Virus record (IMG/VR): IMGVR_UViG_3300028886_000059
Location: 1-64,000 of that record
Direction: 5' to 3' (one strand)
Origin: a virus
Taxonomy: Duplodnaviria; Caudoviricetes
DNA: 64,000 nucleotides
In this document: one piece after another, positions 59,062 through 64,000 of the stretch
Position numbering within the stretch: the stretch's first letter is position 1
Layout: each line of letters opens with the position of its first letter
Notes under the pieces: model-generated
What the model was told of the DNA's origin: nothing
Database searches by the model: none
Seen by the model: the letters and a program-made list of their open reading frames with translations, nothing else
Translations under genes and position numbers: made by a program

Positions 59062-59134
59062 TTGCGGGAGCAGGGCTCGAACCTGCGACCTCCAGTAAGT
59101 CAAACTGTTAAGCTACCAACTGCTCCATCCCGCG
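59062..59134 (-). tRNA. tRNA with initiator-type body and GAC anticodon
   Basis: CGCGGGA UG GAGC AGUUGGUA GCUU A ACAGU UUGACUU ACUGG AGGUC GCAGG UUCGAGC CCUGC UCCCGCA A; C1:A72 mismatch, A11:U24; CCA not encoded. Confidence 0.85.
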
Positions 59135-59142
59135 ATTTTCGG

Positions 59143-59214
59143 CAAAGTTACACATATTACTATTGTCATGTGAATCTATACCTACATTATGTTTCACCAA
59201 TTTATATTAGTGAA
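59143..59214 (-). promoter_or_regulatory. late-class promoter driving the tRNA-ASCH operon
   Basis: caaagtta at 59143, ttcacc at 59193. Confidence 0.8.
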
Positions 59215-59298
59215 AGAATCGCGGTGTTTTGCAGCTATTTCACTTCCATCTATTCAATCATTTTGCTTTATATTTCACCCAGCGGGCGCATTTATATT

Positions 59299-59340
59299 CG
59301 CCTTTCTTTATCCTGTCGGCATCAGGTCTAAACGGTTTTG
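59299..59340 (-). ncRNA. conserved leader RNA motif, copy 6
   Basis: caaaaccguuuaga-ccug-augccga-cagg-auaaaga-aaggcg. Confidence 0.65.
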
Positions 59341-59346
59341 TCTTTG

Positions 59347-59415
59347 CAAAGGTACAAAATAATATTGAAACTACCAAACTTTTTTGCAGAAAAATAAAGC
59401 AAATAAATTTATTTT
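59347..59415 (-). promoter_or_regulatory. early-class promoter with operator
   Basis: -7 TACCTTTG, -33 TTTGG, aaataaagcaaataaattt. Confidence 0.75.
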
Positions 59416-60346
59416 ACCATTCCGCAAAGATGTTATGACTGGCATTCACGACTTGCACGGAGTACTGAACACGGCCATCCACCTTGTTTCTGATGCTGTC
59501 TTTCCAGTATATCCTCGACTTCGGGGCTTTCGCTGCCACAATCTCCTGCACGTCATTGACGAACTTCACTATGCCGTCAAGCGTGATTGGCTTCTTGTTG
59601 TGCTTCTTGCCGCTTTCCAGCCCTATCTTATAGACATCGCAGAATCCCAATGTGGCCTTTATCATCTCCAGCGAATCATCCAAGTCTATCACAGGCTCGA
59701 TGCTGGCAAAGGTATGAACGCCGTATTCTTTGACCTTCGCCATCGCTTCCACACGCTGCATGTTCGTTGACGCATTCGGCTCAAGGTCATCCCTGCCTGT
59801 CAGCGTGAAACCGACGCACAGGTTCTTACCGCCATTGACCAGCAGACGATGCCCACCGATTCCGTACACCCACTCCGAGCGTTTCGTCAGCATGGTAACT
59901 GGCACTGGAGGCAAATCGTTTCTTCTGCTTCCATCCTCGTTACACCCCAATGCGATATAGGCACACCGCATGAATGTATAGAAGGTATCGACTGGCTGCT
60001 GTAGGCACGGGTCGCTGCTGAACGTAAAGAAGATGCCACGGCCATCTGCCATGATTCTTCCCCTGTACTTATCCAGTTCCTTCTCAAATACCTGCACGGC
60101 CTTGTTACATCCTACGATGAATGCGAGTTTTCTTGAAGCGTCGCAGTCATTCTTGAACTTGACATCCTTTGCCGTCAGCTGAAACTCCTTTTTCAGTTGC
60201 GGGATTTTCTGACCCATTCCGTGACCTAACACGCCTTTCTTGCAGTAGCAATACTCACAGTCGTTTGAACACCCGACAAAGATATTTGCCGCCCAAGGAG
60301 CGTATTCGCGGGCTTTTCCCGCTGGCTGATACACAATTTTTCCCAT
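59414..60346 (-). CDS. radical SAM protein (SPL-like)
   Basis: GCSNDCEYCYC motif; FTFSSDP, MLTK, LEPNAS, ASIEPV. Confidence 0.85.
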   Translation of the reverse strand: MGKIVYQPAGKAREYAPWAANIFVGCSNDCEYCYCKKGVLGHGMGQKIPQLKKEFQLTAKDVKFKNDCDASRKLAFIVGCNKAVQVFEKELDKYRGRIMADGRGIFFTFSSDPCLQQPVDTFYTFMRCAYIALGCNEDGSRRNDLPPVPVTMLTKRSEWVYGIGGHRLLVNGGKNLCVGFTLTGRDDLEPNASTNMQRVEAMAKVKEYGVHTFASIEPVIDLDDSLEMIKATLGFCDVYKIGLESGKKHNKKPITLDGIVKFVNDVQEIVAAKAPKSRIYWKDSIRNKVDGRVQYSVQVVNASHNIFAEW

Positions 60347-60347
60347 A

Positions 60348-60587
60348 TTACCAAAACTTAGATAAATCCTTCTTGAATACTACATACTTCCCATCAGTCC
60401 GCGCCCTGCACTTGCCAATCTGCGCACGCACAGAATCGACATCGCAATGCTTCTGCTTCCTGACTACCCTTCCATGAAAGTAACATCCACGGCAGAACGA
60501 TTCAGCCTCCTGAACTTTCAGATGAACACCGTCGCAGGTGAACACGTCATTAATCGGTCTTTCCATATCACTTCGTTTTTTCGTCAT
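60348..60587 (-). CDS. small Cys-rich phage protein
   Basis: CRGCYF...CRARTDGKYVVFK. Confidence 0.65.
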   Translation of the reverse strand: MTKKRSDMERPINDVFTCDGVHLKVQEAESFCRGCYFHGRVVRKQKHCDVDSVRAQIGKCRARTDGKYVVFKKDLSKFW

Positions 60588-60789
60588 AGGGCTTGCCGCA
60601 GAACGGGCAGAACTTCACCTTGTCATCCAAACCGATATAGCGATGGTGCTTTGAATAGTTCCCGCTTTTAGTCATTGGCTTGAACCATCCAGTAACATAT
60701 ATCCGACCATCAGGCGATACGTTTTCCACGCCTCCCAAACCGTACTTCTTACAAAGTTCAGCCTTAATCTTCACTACACAGTCACACAT
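60568..60789 (-). CDS. zinc-ribbon protein
   Basis: MCDC...FCPFCGK. Confidence 0.65.
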   Translation of the reverse strand: MCDCVVKIKAELCKKYGLGGVENVSPDGRIYVTGWFKPMTKSGNYSKHHRYIGLDDKVKFCPFCGKPYDEKTK

Positions 60790-61114
60790 AGTCTATTATT
60801 TCTTAAATGGATTCTGAAACACTAACTTTGTCTTTTTTATAAAATCCCTTCCAGCAGTTCCCTTCGGTGCTGTTTCTTCATACCAAACGACTCTCCGCAA
60901 TAGAAGAGACTTTGAATTGATATGCAACCAGCACCGATGTTCCTTTGATGGGCTACAACATTCAAAGTCACAACAACATTCATCACGCCAAGGGTTATGT
61001 ATGGCGATGCCAAACACTTGCAAGAAAGACTGAATACGCGCAGAAAAAGCAATGTTTTTCCGAAAAGCAGTCTTCCAGTAATATTTTCTGTAATACCAAA
61101 ATTTTTTCATACAA

Positions 61115-61381
61115 CTATTTCTTACGTCTGTTGGCATAGATTTTCATGGCCGTCTTTTTGTTCCGTGCCATGATTCTCTCGCCGTGGATTATAAACTCAT
61201 GCTCCTGCATGTTCACACCATACATCTGATGATTCCGTGCCTTTTCCTCTTCGGTAAGTTCACGGCCTCCAGTGCCTCTATATCTTCTACGTGTGCCAGT
61301 ATCATAGATAGACCTATCGCCAGCACCCGCAACAGCTGCCATCATCAGCGTAGCGGCCATCAATTTGCTAATCTTACTCAT
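61115..61381 (-). CDS. hypothetical protein
   Basis: ORF. Confidence 0.6.
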   Translation of the reverse strand: MSKISKLMAATLMMAAVAGAGDRSIYDTGTRRRYRGTGGRELTEEEKARNHQMYGVNMQEHEFIIHGERIMARNKKTAMKIYANRRKK

Positions 61382-61511
61382 TTCGGTTCCTCCTCTGCCT
61401 TTTCAGGTCGCCATTCGTTGAAGAATCCGCATTCACGGGCGGCATTGTCATGGTTGCCAAATCCCGTCTTATGCAAATCCAGTTCCTTGAACTCGGCCAT
61501 CTTTCTTACAT

Positions 61512-62141
61512 TCATAACCATTCGATTTTATTGTTTGTGATATAGTAGTGTGACTTGCAGGGAAATTCAAAGTTCCCTACAGACGGGCGCATCGTTACCG
61601 TTCCATCATCGTTCTTTGTCAGACTCCAGCCGCCAGCCTTGAACGGCATGACTACCAACTCGCCACATCCACAGGCGCACAGGTGGGATGTCGTTTCAAA
61701 CTTTTCGCTGATATACAGTTTCCCGTATTCCAGCTGATGCGGCAAATGCTCGACAAAGACAGGCTCGATTCTTTCAAGTGGCTTTCCAAGCGTTTTCTCA
61801 TTGTGAAGTTCAATCCTGATGGCCTCCTGTAATGGCGGCAGAATCTTCGCGGCAAATCGCTTGCACGATGCCTCGACTTTTCGGCCTGTTGCTGTGTATG
61901 ATATTCCGCTATACATCTTGTCACCGAAATAGTCAACACCGATATTAAGGATGAACTCGCGAAAATCATCCCTGCCTGTGCTGCCCCAGCAGAAATTGAA
62001 ATTGCCCCAATCTGTGACAGCGAAGAAATAGCCGTCGCCAGTCAGAATTACACGGCCAAGAAAGCCGCCAAACTCATTGTGAAGAATATACATCCACACA
62101 ACAACACCGTTTCCGTGATTATTTGTTATTACATTTTTCAT
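61512..62141 (-). CDS. two-domain protein with C-terminal DUF6527-like domain
   Basis: HLCACGCGELV...VTMRPSVGNFEFPCKSHYYI. Confidence 0.75.
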   Translation of the reverse strand: MKNVITNNHGNGVVVWMYILHNEFGGFLGRVILTGDGYFFAVTDWGNFNFCWGSTGRDDFREFILNIGVDYFGDKMYSGISYTATGRKVEASCKRFAAKILPPLQEAIRIELHNEKTLGKPLERIEPVFVEHLPHQLEYGKLYISEKFETTSHLCACGCGELVVMPFKAGGWSLTKNDDGTVTMRPSVGNFEFPCKSHYYITNNKIEWL

Positions 62142-62142
62142 T

Positions 62143-62412
62143 TTAATCCAATTTGTGATATACATGAAACCACCTGTTATCCAGTGTGCGCACCGTACCG
62201 ATAAACTCCAGCTTGCCGCGCAACATCTGACGTTCCTCGTACATGATGACCTGAACATCCTCAAAGTCATCATTACCCAAGTCTATCTCCGCAAACAGGC
62301 AGATAGTCGGCAAAAGGTTTTCCACCGTCAGAATCCTGTACCCCTTCGGCATCGTCACCTTCTGCACGACGTTACTCTGCGCCTGTAGCGGATATTTCAT
62401 TATCGTTTTCAT
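62143..62412 (-). CDS. hypothetical phage protein
   Basis: KTIMKYPL...MPKGYRILTV..FIGTV..WFHVY. Confidence 0.7.
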   Translation of the reverse strand: MKTIMKYPLQAQSNVVQKVTMPKGYRILTVENLLPTICLFAEIDLGNDDFEDVQVIMYEERQMLRGKLEFIGTVRTLDNRWFHVYHKLD

Positions 62413-63053
62413 TCCGCTTTGTATTTCGGTGCTGGTATGCCCTTTGCACGGTTCAGCACATACTCATATACCTTGTTGCAGAAATCATCGCCAAGAAAGG
62501 CATTTGACTTTGCGGCTTCATCCAGCCCGCACTCAAAGAACTGCGTTTTTGTGATTGAAGAAACATGGTAACGCTTCTGAATGGCACTCATTCCGTTCAG
62601 GTTGCCGTTCTTTCGATACAGCATGACAACATCATTCAGATACCATTTGAAGTTTTCCTGCTTGCGTTCCTTGTTGGTCATCGTATGTGTGCCGCCTGTC
62701 TGCTGTTTCAGCGTGTCAACAGCAAACTCCAATGCTGCGATAAGGGTGTCAAGTTCACAATCACCGCCGAATGTCAGTTCAACGAGGCTTGCATCGTCAA
62801 TTTCCACATCCTTATAGCTGGCATCATCCACGGAGTAGCCCTTCACCCTGCATCTCATATCGGTGCTGGCTTCATCCTTAATCTTTAGATAAGTACGGCC
62901 ACCATGCCCGCTGTCGCCACCACAATAGCCAGTTGTTCCAACTTCTACCGTGATAATGTTTGCACTGACAATCTCCTGCGACAAAGTTTCAATCTTCGCT
63001 CCGTCGATTTCGATTTGACCCTTTACGGGTTCACTACTTCCATATTCAACCAT
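62409..63053 (-). CDS. hypothetical phage protein
   Basis: VGTTGYCGGDSGHGGRTY motif. Confidence 0.7.
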   Translation of the reverse strand: MVEYGSSEPVKGQIEIDGAKIETLSQEIVSANIITVEVGTTGYCGGDSGHGGRTYLKIKDEASTDMRCRVKGYSVDDASYKDVEIDDASLVELTFGGDCELDTLIAALEFAVDTLKQQTGGTHTMTNKERKQENFKWYLNDVVMLYRKNGNLNGMSAIQKRYHVSSITKTQFFECGLDEAAKSNAFLGDDFCNKVYEYVLNRAKGIPAPKYKAE

Positions 63054-63055
63054 AA

Positions 63056-63478
63056 TTATTCTGTTTTTGTTTTACTTTGATGACCTTCACAGCTATCTGT
63101 CTTTTCAATGCCGATGAATTGGCGCAATGTGCATTTCTTCCCAGCACGATGCAGACAACTTTCACACGACGGCTCAAACAGGATTTCCATTTCCCTGCCA
63201 CCATCCTGCATACCTTTCACAAAATAGTATTCGACATGTGCGCCGTTGCTTTTCAGCCAGTTCGCCAGCATATAGATACCGTCGCACTTTCGCAGTTCCT
63301 CAAGGTCAACCATCAAGTAATCGTCAAACTCCTTGCAGTTGGTCTTGTCAAACTTCCACGGATTCACAGGCTCATATCCCTGCTTGGCCAAATACTTTTC
63401 AGCACGTTCAAAAAGCATCTGCGAATACATGGGCGGCAAACCTGCAATCTTACCTGAAATATAGATTCTCTTCATCAC
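63056..63478 (-). CDS. DUF4406 (nucleoside deoxyribosyltransferase-like) protein
   Basis: RIYISGKIAG...PVNP...LRKCDGIYMLANWLKSNGAHVE. Confidence 0.8.
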   Translation of the reverse strand: MMKRIYISGKIAGLPPMYSQMLFERAEKYLAKQGYEPVNPWKFDKTNCKEFDDYLMVDLEELRKCDGIYMLANWLKSNGAHVEYYFVKGMQDGGREMEILFEPSCESCLHRAGKKCTLRQFIGIEKTDSCEGHQSKTKTE

Positions 63479-63819
63479 TTGACCCTCCTATAAATCATTC
63501 CGTCGCAGCTGCCCTTGGTGTAGTCAGTACCCACGCCATAGTAGGGATGCTTGCAGTCGTTTTTCTTTCTAAAGCAACAACCCTCACAGCAATGCTTACT
63601 ATTGCTTTCCGTCTGCTGGTAGGTCTTGCCGTCATGCGTAAACCTGATGTACTTCTTTCGCCACGGTGCTTTGCCGTTGATTTCGTCGGCTGCTTCATGC
63701 ACGGCCTTATTCAGCTTTGCCAGCACACCGTATTTCAATAATCTGTTGGCATAGCTGGTGACTTTGATTGTACCGTCATCATTCGTGATGACCTCGCACT
63801 TATAGATATTCCGTTTCAT
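63475..63819 (-). CDS. hypothetical protein
   Basis: 114-aa ORF. Confidence 0.6.
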   Translation of the reverse strand: MKRNIYKCEVITNDDGTIKVTSYANRLLKYGVLAKLNKAVHEAADEINGKAPWRKKYIRFTHDGKTYQQTESNSKHCCEGCCFRKKNDCKHPYYGVGTDYTKGSCDGMIYRRVK

Positions 63820-64000
63820 GCTTCAATCTTTGGTATCTGCATCCAGTGAGTAACCATTTCACAGCCATCAACGATAAACTTACCGTCAACGACATTCACC
63901 ACACGCGCCTCGTTCTTAGGCATAATCCTTGCCAGCACAACCTTTTCTTCAGGGCGAACCTTCGCAGCAAGATTCCACTCGCTTTCACCTGCACCCTTCC

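Larger units (their letters stand above)
1..64000 (-). mobile_element. Bacteroidales siphovirus-like phage/prophage segment
   Basis: Terminase, portal, capsid, tail and tape measure genes; Bacteroidetes TAnnTTTG promoters; no host housekeeping genes seen; phage ends not in window. Confidence 0.95.

Noticed and set aside
59062-59134. Ordinary elongator tRNA-Val or an att-site remnant
   Set aside because: The C1:A72 mismatch, fMet-like body and U37 are atypical of elongators; it is full length with its own promoter, and no integrase is nearby.
1-64000. CRISPR array or stop-codon reassignment
   Set aside because: No regularly spaced direct repeats are present, and core genes are intact under the standard code.

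Overview
This window is 64 kb of a Bacteroidales (Prevotella-like) long-tailed temperate phage or prophage, almost entirely encoded on the minus strand. It contains a near-complete morphogenesis set: terminase S/L, portal, scaffold, capsid, head-tail genes, major tail, chaperone, a 2614-aa tape measure, distal tail, a 2495-aa tail tip and a 2250-aa DGR-target protein. Blocks of small accessory genes interrupt this set. The main candidate new system is at 55.6-59.2 kb. There, a tRNA with an initiator (fMet-type) body but a GAC anticodon lies upstream of two genes whose open frames begin at GUC within an identical GCUGA-GUC-AG context, complementary to the whole anticodon loop. ASCH, PP-loop/PAPS-reductase-like and ParB-like genes are in the same locus. 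Other observations: (i) two DGR variable regions 46 kb apart, one frameshifted, with TR/RT outside the window; (ii) six copies of a covarying pseudoknot-like leader RNA plus a candidate sRNA antisense to it; (iii) two promoter classes, an early class with a palindromic operator and a late class with TTCAC-N12-GTGAA at a fixed 50-nt offset from the -7 box; (iv) a mini tRNA-like element in the tail operon. Protein family calls come from motif recognition by eye, not database searches.
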